Shown: positions 38,026-49,206 of the stretch, piece after piece
Numbering within the stretch: the stretch's first letter is position 1
Layout: each line of letters begins with the position of its first letter
Assembly: GCA_046351395.1 (NCBI GenBank)
Contig: JAXLYP010000017.1
Location: forward strand, 129,508-193,507
From: Polyangiaceae bacterium
Lineage (GTDB): Bacteria > Myxococcota_A > Polyangia > Polyangiales > Polyangiaceae
Direction of reading: 5' to 3'
Length of the DNA: 64,000 bases
Made by a program: the position numbers and the translations under genes
Notes under the pieces: model-generated
Told to the model about the DNA's origin: nothing
Seen by the model: only the letters and a program-made list of their open reading frames with translations
Database searches by the model: none

Positions 38026-38865
38026 TCAGCGGTGGTAGTTGTGGGGCTGGTTCGGGTTCTGCGGCCCCGGCCCGACGACGCCGCCGCCGGTGGGGTTGGT
38101 CGGGTAGCGCGGCTTCTCGGGCTTGTACTCGTGTGAGAGCGCGTCCCGCGCGTACAAGTAGCCGGACTCGATCGTGTACGAGAACTCCCCGCTGTTGAAC
38201 ATCAGCCGGCCGGTGAACTTGCCCTGGATGTCGGTGGGGTTGTTCCCCGGATAGAGGTCGAGCTCGCAGGAGCCCCCGGGGTTCGCGGCTTGCGCCGTCT
38301 CGGGATCGCTGAGGGGCTTGTCCGACTCACCGAGCAGGAGATCGAAATCCGGGCACTCGTAGTGCCCAGGCCGGAGCTTCGGGATGCGGATGTAGAGGTC
38401 CTCGTTGTTGCGCGAGAGGATCGCCAAGTAGAACGCGCCGTCCGCGAACGAGTCGAAGTTCGTCGACGTCTTGAAGATGTACGAGGTGCGGGTGCCCGTC
38501 GTCTGGTTCTCGATGCGGAGCGCGGTCGCCACGCCGCCGGACGTGTCCGGCATCACGGTCTTGATCTGATCGACGTACCCCGCGAACGTCGACGGGTCCT
38601 CGGGCGGATCGGGCTGGGTGGTCGGAGGCGGAGCGTTCGTGTCGCTCGTGGGCTGGATGTCGTCCGCCTTCCCCCGGTCCTCGATCGGCGGGGCTGGTTC
38701 GGCCGGCGCGGTCGACGTCTGCGCGGGGATGAGGGACCTCCAATCCGGCACCGTCCCGACGAACTCCTGCTTCACCGGCTTGCTCGCGCACCCCGACGCG
38801 GCGAGGGCGAGACCCGCCGAGAACCCCGCGATCCCACGGGACCAACCGAACCTACGAATGAGCAT
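38026..38865 (-). CDS. Hypothetical lipoprotein
   Basis: MLIRRFGWSRGIAGFSAGLALAASGCASK lipobox, Pro/Thr-rich linker, about 279 aa. Confidence 0.55.
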   Translation of the reverse strand: MLIRRFGWSRGIAGFSAGLALAASGCASKPVKQEFVGTVPDWRSLIPAQTSTAPAEPAPPIEDRGKADDIQPTSDTNAPPPTTQPDPPEDPSTFAGYVDQIKTVMPDTSGGVATALRIENQTTGTRTSYIFKTSTNFDSFADGAFYLAILSRNNEDLYIRIPKLRPGHYECPDFDLLLGESDKPLSDPETAQAANPGGSCELDLYPGNNPTDIQGKFTGRLMFNSGEFSYTIESGYLYARDALSHEYKPEKPRYPTNPTGGGVVGPGPQNPNQPHNYHR

Positions 38866-38969
38866 GGGGCCGTCTCCGAGCGTTGCTCCCACTTTGACGT
38901 GCCTCGCATCGGAATCCAACAACGATTCCTTCGCGTGACGGGAGCCCTCGAATACGCTGCCGTTCCTCG

Positions 38970-40361
38970 ATGCCGTCGTACTCGTCGCTCCCGAAATGGG
39001 CCCAAGAGCTGATCCCCATCCTCGTCCTGCTCGGGGTCATCGCGTTCGTCCTCCGGCGGCTCCCCAAGGTGGAGGTTGGCCACACGAAGGGATTCCTCCG
39101 GAGGCGGCTCTGGAACTGGCTCCCCGCGGGGCTCACGTACGCGTTCCTCTACATGGGCCGGTACAACCTCACCGCGTTCAAGAACGCCGCCCACCTGACG
39201 AACGACGCGTACGGCACGATCGATTTCTGGGGAGCCATCGTCTACGGCTTCGCGTTCGTCATCAACGGTCCGCTCGCGGACAAGATCGGCGGCCGCAAGA
39301 CGCTGCTCATCGCGGCGGTGGGCTCGGCCGCGATGAACGTGGTCCTCGGCGTATTGGCGCTGAAGCCGTTCGAGCCGTCGAGCGTGGCGTCGTTCTCGAT
39401 CGCCTATGCGGCGAACATGTACTTCCAGAGCTTCGGCGCCGTCAGCATCGTGAAGGTCAACGCCGCATGGTTCCACATCCGGGAGCGCGGCACGTTCGGC
39501 GGGATCTTCGGCATCCTGATCTCGCTCGGCGTGTACTTCGCGTACGACTGGGGCCCGAAGATCGCCGACGCATTCCCGGGGCAGCCGCAGTGGGTGTTCT
39601 TCATCCCGCCGATCGCGCTGCTCGTCCTCGCTGCGGTCGACTTCGCGCTGGTGCGCGACACGCCGGGAGAGGCGGGGCAGCGCGACTTCGACCCCGGGGA
39701 CGCGACGGTCGAGGGAGAGAAGCTCTCCGTGCTCCAGGTCGCGCGGCGGATGCTCACGAGCAAGGTGATTCTGATCATCGCCGTGATCGAGTTCTGCTCC
39801 GGCTACCTCCGCAACGCGGTGATGAAGTGGGGGCCGGTGTTCGCGAAGGAGACCGGCGTGAAGAAGGATCAGTTCGTCCACGCGAACTGGGGGATGATGA
39901 ACTGCATCGCCGGGATTCTGGGCGGCATGTTCGCGGGCGTGATCAGCGATCACGTGTTCGGATCCCGGCGCGGCCCCGTCTCGAGCATCCTCTACCTGGG
40001 CATGCTCGGGGGCGCGGTGGGCATGTGCTACACGCTCACGAACGGCGGGCTCGGCTGGGCGTTGATCTTCGCGTCACTCTGCGTGATCGGCGTCCACGGC
40101 ATGCTTTCCGGCACCGCGAGCATGGACTTCGGCGGCAAGAAGAACGTCGGCGTGGCGGTCGGCATCATCGACGGCTTCGTCTACCTGGGCACGGCCGTGC
40201 AGGCGCTCGTCTTGAAGGAGCTCGTGCCGTCCGGAGATGCCCAAAAGGATCCGACGAACTGGTGGAAGTGGCCGATCGCGATGGTGCCGCTCATGTTCGT
40301 CGGCCTGCTCCTCGCGCTGCGCTTGTGGGACGCCCGCGCGACGCGTGGCGGCGCGCATTGA
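38970..40361 (+). CDS. MFS transporter (organophosphate:phosphate antiporter/OFA-like)
   Basis: 12 predicted TM segments. FLYMGRYNLTAF resembles the GlpT/UhpC N-terminal motif. 463 aa. Confidence 0.85.
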   Translation: MPSYSSLPKWAQELIPILVLLGVIAFVLRRLPKVEVGHTKGFLRRRLWNWLPAGLTYAFLYMGRYNLTAFKNAAHLTNDAYGTIDFWGAIVYGFAFVINGPLADKIGGRKTLLIAAVGSAAMNVVLGVLALKPFEPSSVASFSIAYAANMYFQSFGAVSIVKVNAAWFHIRERGTFGGIFGILISLGVYFAYDWGPKIADAFPGQPQWVFFIPPIALLVLAAVDFALVRDTPGEAGQRDFDPGDATVEGEKLSVLQVARRMLTSKVILIIAVIEFCSGYLRNAVMKWGPVFAKETGVKKDQFVHANWGMMNCIAGILGGMFAGVISDHVFGSRRGPVSSILYLGMLGGAVGMCYTLTNGGLGWALIFASLCVIGVHGMLSGTASMDFGGKKNVGVAVGIIDGFVYLGTAVQALVLKELVPSGDAQKDPTNWWKWPIAMVPLMFVGLLLALRLWDARATRGGAH

Positions 40362-40367
40362 CGGTCG

Positions 40368-40820
40368 TCAGTCGTTCGGCGCCCCGTTCGAGATCCACAG
40401 ACGGACGCCCTCGAGCTCGTCTGCGGTGAGGCTCGGCCGGTCTTCTCCGAGCGGCATGACCCCGCCGCAGGGGGCCTCCTTTCCGTGGAGCTTCGCGAAG
40501 CTCATCATGTAGAAGAGGCTCTGTTCGGGGTCCCCGGCGACGACTCGCTTCATCGGGCTCGTGGCGCACTCGTCGCTCGCTGCTGCCGCGCCGACGAGCG
40601 CCTCGTACGGCGTGAACTCGAGGTCGAGCCGACCCGCTGCGTCCACGCCGCCCGAGTGGCACGCGAAGGTGCAGTTGGGCTTGAGGATGGTCTCGTTGAT
40701 CTGGGTGAACGTCGGCGCCTTCTCGGCCACGTCGCACCCGGCGAGCGCGAACGCTAGGGCCGCCGCGCCGGCCGCGAAGAGGCGCTCGCGCACGTCACTC
40801 CACCGTGATGTCGATGACAT
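40368..40820 (-). CDS. Lipoprotein with PSCyt1-like (planctomycete cytochrome c) domain carrying a non-canonical C-x3-CH motif
   Basis: Lipobox AFALAGC. NCTFACHSGG ... SLFYMMSF...GGVMPLGEDRPSLTADELEGVRLWISNGA matches the PSCyt1 pattern (CxxCH...MP...WI..GA) except the Cys spacing is C-TFA-CH. Confidence 0.55.
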   Translation of the reverse strand: MSSTSRWSDVRERLFAAGAAALAFALAGCDVAEKAPTFTQINETILKPNCTFACHSGGVDAAGRLDLEFTPYEALVGAAAASDECATSPMKRVVAGDPEQSLFYMMSFAKLHGKEAPCGGVMPLGEDRPSLTADELEGVRLWISNGAPND

Positions 40821-41307
40821 CCTCGACGGGTGGGTTGAGCGCCTTGTGCTTGTTGTCGCTCAGGTTGATGCGGAGCGTGTGCGGGCCGGGCGCGGTGCCG
40901 GCGGGGATCTTCACCGTGATGGTCGGCGTCTGCCCCGCGACGAGGTAGCTCGTCTGCTGGTCGAGGTAGATGTGATAGTGCCCTTCGCCGTCGACGTTGG
41001 TCGCTTGCGGGGGGACGAGCGTGAAGTTCGTCACCGTCACGGTCGCCTCCGTGTTGGCCCCCGCCTTGATGGTCGTCGGGTTCACCTCGAACGAGACCGT
41101 CGGGGCCGCGGTCATCCCGCTGGACGTGCTCGACATCGACGCCCCGGTCGACGTGCCGGTCGTGGTGCCGGTGCTCATCGACGAACCGGTCGTCGCGCTC
41201 GTCGTCCCGCTCCCGCCCGCTCCACCGGTCGCGTCGCCGGTCGACGTGTCGCAGCCCGTGGCCGCGACGGCCACACCCCAAAAGCCGATCAAGAACGCCT
41301 TCTTCAT
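40795..41307 (-). CDS. Lipoprotein with STG-rich linker
   Basis: MKKAFLIGFWGVAVAATGCD lipobox. GGSGTTSATTGSSMSTGTTTGTSTGASMSSTSSG linker. About 170 aa. Confidence 0.55.
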   Translation of the reverse strand: MKKAFLIGFWGVAVAATGCDTSTGDATGGAGGSGTTSATTGSSMSTGTTTGTSTGASMSSTSSGMTAAPTVSFEVNPTTIKAGANTEATVTVTNFTLVPPQATNVDGEGHYHIYLDQQTSYLVAGQTPTITVKIPAGTAPGPHTLRINLSDNKHKALNPPVEDVIDITVE

Positions 41308-41429
41308 GCTCCCAAAGTAGCGGATTCGACGATCCGCGCGATCCGCATTTTCGCGATGAGCGCGTTCGGTTCTCCCGAACAATGGCGCGCGCGGACGCGC
41401 GTCGAAGGCCCTCGCGCGCGCCTCGGAGC

Positions 41430-42477
41430 TCAATCCACGAGGTCGAGGACCTGTCCGTCCACGACGTACTTTCCCTGTGGATTGAACGAGACCGTCGGCA
41501 GGAGGTGGTCCTTGTCGAACTTCGCGAGCGTCGGCTCGATCATCTTCCAGAAGCTCACGTTCGCCGCCATCTCGGGGTCGGCCTCGACCGCCTTCATGTC
41601 GCGCGCGGGGAACACGTGCATCTGGATTTTGCCGTTCTTCGCGTAGAGCGGGGACGCCATCGTCCAGAGCTCCTCGATCGTCTCGTCGCCCATCGACACG
41701 CACCCGATCGACGCGCACGAGCCGTGGACGAGGATGTCGCTGCCGGGCGAGACGGGGGACTGTCGCTTGTCCCAGGGGTTCGGGTAGTTCACGTACATCG
41801 CGAGGTGGTAGTTGGTCGCGGTCGTGATGTAGTTCAGCGTGTAGAACCCCTCCGGAACCTGGAGATCGCCCTCGTGGTGCTTCGGCCCGAGGATCCCCGA
41901 GATCATGCAGATGCCGTACGTCGCGATGGGCTTGAGCGCGGTGCCCTTCTCGTCGTTCGCCCAGACCTCGAGCTTCCACTCCTTCTTGAACACGCGGAAG
42001 AGGATCTCCGCGGCGGGGAACTTCACGCCCGCGTCCGCGAAGAGCTTCGTCACCTTCTCCGTCCGGCGCGACTTCGCGCCGCGATCCCGCGCGACGCCCG
42101 CCTCCGCCTCGTCCCCCCACCAGTCGGTGTGCGGGAAGAACGGGCCGGGATCCGCGGGCGGCGGCGGGTCCTTCGCCACGAGCGCCGAGGGCGGGGGAGG
42201 CGCGATCGGGGCGGCGCTCGATGCGGCGGGGCCGCTCGCGGGGCCCGGGGGCGGCGCGTAGTTCGCTGCGGCGCTCGTGCGCGGCTTCTCGGTCGCGGGT
42301 TTCTCGGATGGGGGAGCGCACGCGAGCTGGACCGCGATCGCGCCGATCGCGGCTGCGGCCCGTCCGGCTTGTCGCGCTCGATGCGGGAGGCTACGTGATG
42401 CCCTGCGCGGAGCCGCGCCCGGATCGAGCGCGCCCCGCTCGCTCGGGTGATCCAACACTCTCTTCCGAAGGTGAGCC

Positions 42478-42479
<2 letters not shown>
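41430..42479 (-). CDS. L,D-transpeptidase (YkuD) domain protein
   Basis: Catalytic HGSCASIGCVSM (H...C) motif. Pro-rich N-terminal region. Start assigned to ATG 42479 (MAHLRKRV...), which overlaps the thiolase ATG on the opposite strand; the start is uncertain. Confidence 0.7.
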
Positions 42480-43658
<1,179 letters not shown>

Positions 43659-43662
<4 letters not shown>

Positions 43663-44510
43663 GCCCGGAGACCGTCGATCTCTCGCGCGGCTGGGCGTCC
43701 TTCTCCGCGAGGACGCCCACGCTCCCGCCCGCGACGCACACCCAGAGCTACGCGATCGGCACGCGCGAGGTCGTCCTCGTCGAGCCGGCGACCCCGTACG
43801 AAGACGAGCAGCGGGCGTGGCTCGAGTGGGCGCGGGGCCTCGTGTCCCAGGGGTGCACGCTCGTCGGGATCTTCGCGACGCATCACCACCCCGACCACGT
43901 GGGCGGCGCGGCGTTCTTCCGCGAAGCGCTCGGGCTGCCGCTCTGGGCGCACGAGAAGACGGCGGCGCGCTTGCCCGTTTGGCTCGACGCGAAGGTCGAC
44001 CGGCTGGTCGCCCAGGGCGAGATCATCACGCTCGAGGGCCCGACGCCGACGCGCTGGGAGGCGCTCCACACGCCGGGGCACGCGCCCGGACACCTGTGCC
44101 TGTGGGAGCGGTCGCTCGGCGCCGTGATCGTCGGCGACATGGTCGCGAGCGTCGGCACGATCCTCGTCGAGAAGAACGACGGGGACATGATCCAGTACCT
44201 CGCCTCGCTCGAGCGCCTCGCGCGGCTCGAGGCCGCGGTGGCGCTGCCCGCGCATGGTGGCGAGATCGCGGCGCCCTCGAAGCTCTTCCGCGGCTACATC
44301 GCCCACCGATACATGCGGGAGGGCGCCGTGGTCCGCGCCGTGACGGATCACCCCGGGACGCTCGACGAGCTCGTCTCCGTCGCGTACGCGGACGTCCCGC
44401 CGAACGTGCACCCCATCGCGCGGATGAGCCTCGAGGCGCACCTCATCAAGCTCGTGCGGGAGGGACGCGTGAGGGAGGACGCGGACGGTCGCTACACGAT
44501 CGTCCCGTGA
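43659..44510 (+). CDS. MBL-fold metallo-hydrolase (glyoxalase II-like)
   Basis: THHHPDHVGG metal-binding motif, HTPGHAPGH. GTG start overlapping the thiolase stop (GGTGA). Confidence 0.85.
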
Positions 44511-44546
44511 GGCGGAGCGCGCGGCGCGGGCCGCGCGCGCGGCGCA

Positions 44547-45797
44547 TCAGTCTTCCCGCTTGATCGAGGCGCGCGCGAGCGCCTCCTCCGCGATTTCGCC
44601 CTCCGCAGCCGCCTCGAGCGCCGCTCGGAGATCGGGATCCGCGGTCGCGGCGGCGGCGACGCGCACCCGACGCTTCACTCCCTCGTCGACGCCGCGGAGC
44701 GCGAGCACGGCCGCCACGCGGCGCTCGGGTGGGGCGCCTCCGTCGTCGACGAGGCGCGTGAGCTCGTCTCGATCGAACGTGGCGACGCGGTAGTCCCCCC
44801 CGCCCGCGGTGATCTTGGTGAGATCGCTTCGCCACGCGTCCGCGGAGCGACCGGCGCGATCGAGCGCGGTGAGCTTCGTGCGCGCGAGCGCCGCGCTCGC
44901 TCCGGCGCGGCGGCGCGCGCGGTCGATGCGATCCACGAGCGCCCGGACCGCGAGGTTCGCCCCCGAGAACACCACCGGCAGCTCGATCGTGGAGTCGTCG
45001 TCGAGCGTGACGTGGACGGAGCCTCCCATCACTTCGACCTTCTGGACGGACGAGTACGGCACGAAGTGGTTGCGCACGATCTGGTACGTGAGCCCGTCCG
45101 CGCCGACGCGGAGATCCTTCTTGCGGAGGCTCCAGACGAGCGTCGCGAGGAGGAACGTCAGCCCGAGCGCGATCCCGGCGATCGTCGCCGTCGCCGCGGG
45201 CTTCGACTCACCGAGCGAGCTCCACGCGCCGATCCACGAGGCCACGGCGCCGATGCCGAGGAACGGGAGCGCGACGCCGATCGCCACGCGCAAGCAGGAC
45301 GCCCCGCGGTCGAGCGGGCTCAACAAGCGGATGCGGTGGACGAGGTCGACCGAGCCGGCGAAATGCTCGAGGAGGGGCTCGAGGGCCGCGCGGCTCGCCG
45401 CGCGGAGCGTAAGGCCCGGGCCGCGCTTTTGCTGGAGGACGAGCGCGTCCTCAGTCTCGAGCGCCGCGCGCTCCACGTCGCCCGGTGCGATCTCGTGGGT
45501 CGCGCCATCGCTCGACGTGATGCGCACGCGATCCTCCGCGATGGAGAACCGGCCCTTTCCCCCGGACACGGTGCTGCCCTTCGAGGCCGAGGCGCCCACG
45601 CCGAAGCCGACCGCGGCGAGGATCGCGGTCGTCGCGAGGGCGACCCATCCATCGGACGCGGCGCCGGACAGCGCGATCGGTGCGCCGATCGCGAGCGCCG
45701 CGAGGAGCGCGCTCGCGACCATCCCCCAGGTGAGCCTCCTCCGCCAGGGATCGCGCTCCGAACGCGTCACCTCGAGGAGCTCGCCCTCCCTCTCCAC
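44547..45797 (-). CDS. Hypothetical membrane protein
   Basis: Several TM segments (MVASALLAALAIGAPIAL, VALATTAILAAVGFGVGA, IAGIALGLTFLLATLVW). 416 aa. Confidence 0.55.
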   Translation of the reverse strand: MEREGELLEVTRSERDPWRRRLTWGMVASALLAALAIGAPIALSGAASDGWVALATTAILAAVGFGVGASASKGSTVSGGKGRFSIAEDRVRITSSDGATHEIAPGDVERAALETEDALVLQQKRGPGLTLRAASRAALEPLLEHFAGSVDLVHRIRLLSPLDRGASCLRVAIGVALPFLGIGAVASWIGAWSSLGESKPAATATIAGIALGLTFLLATLVWSLRKKDLRVGADGLTYQIVRNHFVPYSSVQKVEVMGGSVHVTLDDDSTIELPVVFSGANLAVRALVDRIDRARRRAGASAALARTKLTALDRAGRSADAWRSDLTKITAGGGDYRVATFDRDELTRLVDDGGAPPERRVAAVLALRGVDEGVKRRVRVAAAATADPDLRAALEAAAEGEIAEEALARASIKRED

Positions 45798-45851
45798 CGT
45801 GCGCCTCGTGCCGAGCTCTTCCGAAGACGAAAGCTGGGCGAGCGCGCTCGG

Positions 45852-46601
45852 TCAGTTCGCCTTCGTCGCGGTGTCGACCGAGGCGACGCTGGACGGATCG
45901 GCGCCCATCTGGACGAGGGTCGCCTTGTAGAACACGCCGCCCTGATCGATGCGGATCTCGCCGCCGACGTCACCCCAGGCGAAGTCGTCGCTCGAGAGGG
46001 TCTGCAGGGTCGCCTGCGCCGCGCCGATCTTCACGCGGTACGTCGTCGCGGTGACGGCGAGATCCTTGCCGGACACGTTGACCTTCGCCGGGACGCTGAG
46101 GAGCTCGGCGTCGTTCACGTCCGTCGACGCGACCGTCATCGCCATGAGGGTGTCGTACTTCGCGCGCTCGACCGGGGTCGCCTTGCCCTTCGCGTCGATC
46201 TGCTTCACCCCGAGGACCTCGCCGGCGTGCGCGAGCTCGAGGCTCGTCGTCACCTGGAGCGTCTCGGTCGGCTTGCCCTTCTCCTTGAACGCGAGCTCGA
46301 CGGTGATCGCCTTGTCGGAGCGGTCGACGACGCGCTCCGTCAGCTCGAGCGGCGCCGTGCGGTACGAGCCCTCGAACGAGAACACGACGAAGTCTCCCGT
46401 CTTGCGCGGGTCGACGACCGAGTCGCCCGCCGCGTCCGCGGTGAGATCCTGATCGAGCTCGGTGAACGTGTCCGTCTTCTCGTCGGTCGCCGACACCTCG
46501 GCGTGCGTCACCGGCGCCTTCGCGGTGAGCTTCGACGCGCTTCCGGCGCAGCCTGCGAGGAGACCCACGATGGAGAGGAGCGAGAGGGCGGTCGTCTTCA
46601 T
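45852..46601 (-). CDS. Hypothetical lipoprotein
   Basis: MKTTALSLLSIVGLLAGCAGS lipobox. 249 aa. Confidence 0.6.
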   Translation of the reverse strand: MKTTALSLLSIVGLLAGCAGSASKLTAKAPVTHAEVSATDEKTDTFTELDQDLTADAAGDSVVDPRKTGDFVVFSFEGSYRTAPLELTERVVDRSDKAITVELAFKEKGKPTETLQVTTSLELAHAGEVLGVKQIDAKGKATPVERAKYDTLMAMTVASTDVNDAELLSVPAKVNVSGKDLAVTATTYRVKIGAAQATLQTLSSDDFAWGDVGGEIRIDQGGVFYKATLVQMGADPSSVASVDTATKAN

Positions 46602-46655
46602 GCCCAACGCCGCTACACCGCCCACTCCGATCGGGCCAACTTCACGACGTCGAGG

Positions 46656-47687
46656 TCACTTCGCCGCGAGGGCCATCTCGAGCGCGACGGCTTCATCCTT
46701 CACGACGCCCTGCCCCTTCGCGTACATCTCGGCGAGGTCCGAGCAGAGCCCTCGCATGCCGAGCTTGCAGGCCTTTCGGTACTCCGCCATGCCCGCGAGC
46801 GGCGCGGCGCTCTCCGCCACGCGAAAGCACGCGGACGCGAGGTTGCCGGAGCACGCGCGCTCGTAGAGCTCGTGGGCCTTCGCCCGTTCGATCTTCGCGG
46901 CCGCCTCGTCGGTGACGGCATAGGCCGCGGCTTCGTGGAGCTCGCCCACGGCCTCGCAGCTCGGCATGAAGCCCGCGTCGCAGTTCTTCGTGAACACCGG
47001 CTCGGCGGCCTTCGCGTCGGGCTCGAGGATCGTCCCGAGGTGCGACCGCCACGCGCCTCGCGCGAGGAGTCGGCCGAGGCCGTCGCAGTAGACGAGATCT
47101 CCGGCGCCGCACCCCGCCTCGAGCGTGGACTTCAGCCAGGTGCGACGCTCGATGATCTCCGCGTCGCACTGCGCGTCGCATCCCGCGGGGCACGACTGCA
47201 TCGCGAAGTCGCAGCCGCTGCTCCGGAAGGAGAGTCGCTTCATCAACGTGTGGTGCAGGTCGCACGCCCCGAAGAGCGCCGTATCCTCGCGCGGTTGCTC
47301 GAGGAGTCGGATGGCCTCGCGCACCGACGCTGCGTCGCCCCGCGCGAGCGCGCGGAGCGCCGCGAGCGTGCACGCCTCCACGGAGGGGGCGTCGCCATCG
47401 CAGCCGTCCTCGAGCAGGTCGCGATCGCTCTTCGCGAGGCCCGACGCCGTCAGTCCCGTGAGCGCGAAGCAGCTCCAGCCGTCCCCTTCTTCGCACCCGA
47501 GCGCGAGCCATGACGCGCTCTCCTTCGGGGCGTCCGCGTCGAAGAGCGCCCGCAGGCGGCACGCCGCGCCGTCCCGGAGCGCGCAGCCGCGCTCCGCGTA
47601 GGGCTTCGCGCGATCCACGCGCGCGCGCGCGCCCCGGCCGTAGCCAACCATCGTCGCGAGCTCGCGGCACGAGGCCGCGTCCTCCAT
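46656..47687 (-). CDS. Cys-rich Sel1-like (TPR family) repeat protein
   Basis: C-terminal Sel1 repeats (ACFRVAESAAPLAGMAEYRKACKLGMRGLCSDLAEMYAKGQGVVKDEAVALEMALAA). Many paired Cys. N-terminal limit uncertain. Confidence 0.7.
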   Translation of the reverse strand: MEDAASCRELATMVGYGRGARARVDRAKPYAERGCALRDGAACRLRALFDADAPKESASWLALGCEEGDGWSCFALTGLTASGLAKSDRDLLEDGCDGDAPSVEACTLAALRALARGDAASVREAIRLLEQPREDTALFGACDLHHTLMKRLSFRSSGCDFAMQSCPAGCDAQCDAEIIERRTWLKSTLEAGCGAGDLVYCDGLGRLLARGAWRSHLGTILEPDAKAAEPVFTKNCDAGFMPSCEAVGELHEAAAYAVTDEAAAKIERAKAHELYERACSGNLASACFRVAESAAPLAGMAEYRKACKLGMRGLCSDLAEMYAKGQGVVKDEAVALEMALAAK

Positions 47688-48156
47688 CGCGCAGGCGGTG
47701 TCACGCCACGCGAGCTCCTTTTGTCGATCCGCCTCGCACGTGACGCCGGTCGATGGCGCGCCGTCCGTCCGTTCGACGCTGCTCGACGCGCACGTCCCCG
47801 TGCGTGGCCCGGGAGGGAGGATCTCCTCCTTCTTCGCGCCGCCGCACGCCGCGCTCTCGAGCGCGAGCGCGGCGGTGAAGTGTGACCCGGAGGACCGCGC
47901 GGCCGGAGTGGCCGCGCGCTGCAGGTGTCACGCCTCCTCGGCGATCGGTTGGTCCGGGGACGATCCCAGCGATGTCTGGATCGACGCCCGGCGGATAGTC
48001 CTTCGAACCTTCACCCTTCGTTCGCTTGCGCGAGGCTCGATCCGCTGCCTTGTCGGCTTGCTTCTGCAACCTCGCGCGCTCCTTGTTTCGCTTGTCGGCC
48101 CCAGGTCTGCCGCGCTCCTCTCCAGCAGGTGAATCCTCTCGCGGAGGATTCGTTCC

Positions 48157-48443
48157 TCAGCGCCAGCGCCCGCCGCCGCCGCCGCCACCCCCGCGCGCCG
48201 GGCGCTCCTGCGCCTCGTTCACCTTGAGCAGACGACCGTCGAGGGTCGAGCCGTTGGCTGCGCGATCGCAGCGGTCGCCGCGCTCGCGGTGCCCATGGTG
48301 ACGAACGCGAAGCCGCGGGGTTGGCCGATCTCACGATCGGTGGGCATGGCGACCTCGCACTTCGCCGCACGCGGAGAACGCGGCCTGGGCGTGGCTTGGG
48401 TGGTGTTGTACGAGAGGTTTCCGACGTAGAGACGATTTCCCAT
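48157..48443 (-). pseudogene. RRM (RNP-1/RNP-2) RNA-binding protein gene with Gly-rich tail, interrupted by three single-base frame shifts
   Basis: MGNRLYVGNLSYNTTQ (RNP-2 LYVGNL) in frame 0. AQAAFSACGEVRG only in frame +2. VAMPTDREIGQPRGFAFVTMGTASAATAAIAQ (RNP-1 RGFAFVTM) back in frame 0. NGSTLDGRLLKVNEAQERPARGGGGGGGRWR* only in frame +2. Lower GC than surroundings. Confidence 0.7.
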
Positions 48444-49206
48444 TTTGTTGCTTTCGGGGCTTCGGACACGGGCCTCCGAGGAGGCCATGCCACCGTTCGA
48501 TGAAGCCAGGCATCGGACGGTGGCGTCGAATCGAAGGCCTCACCCACCGAGGTGAACCGCCGCGTCGACGGCCATGTCATCCCGGTCATCGAAAGCCGCA
48601 ATCTCCGGGCGTGACGATCGGCGAGCAAAGGACGTCGCGGAGATGCCCTAGTCCATCGAGCGGACCCACCACCCCCTTCGACGGGAAAAACGGAACGGCT
48701 CAGCTGTGCGGAGGGTGAACTTCGCCTTCGCACGGTACTGCAGGGAAAGATCGCAGCGCTGTCCGCTCCCGTCGTAGCCCGTGCACGCGTCCGTCCCGCC
48801 GAACGTGGCGTCGGCCTGCCCGGTGCGCTCACTGGTCCGGAGCGCGCTCATGATCTCGCGGGTCAGGTCGTGCCCTCCACCCTGGCACGATCGGTTCCCG
48901 CACGGGATCTGAAACAGCGCTGGCGCATGCTCGACGACGACTCGGCGGATGTACTGGCGCACCGCGCGTCCGACGGCCGCTCGCGCCGCTCGCGCTCGCG
49001 CCGCTCCTCGAACTCCAGCGACAAGGCCGTCAACGTGGGGATCTCGGCGTGAAGGCGCGGCGCTGCACGTCTTCCAACTCGCGCCGGGCCGCGAGCGCGC
49101 TGAGCGGCGGCGTTGTTTCTCCTGAAACCCATAGGACACCCTAGCACCGATGGGCTCCAGGGCGCCTTCGCTCGATAGTCATCGTCCGCGCTCGACCACG
49201 TCAGGG

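Noticed and set aside
48011-48832. 273-aa minus ORF
   Set aside because: Overlaps the RRM gene in a different frame. The RRM reading has diagnostic RNP motifs; this one has none.
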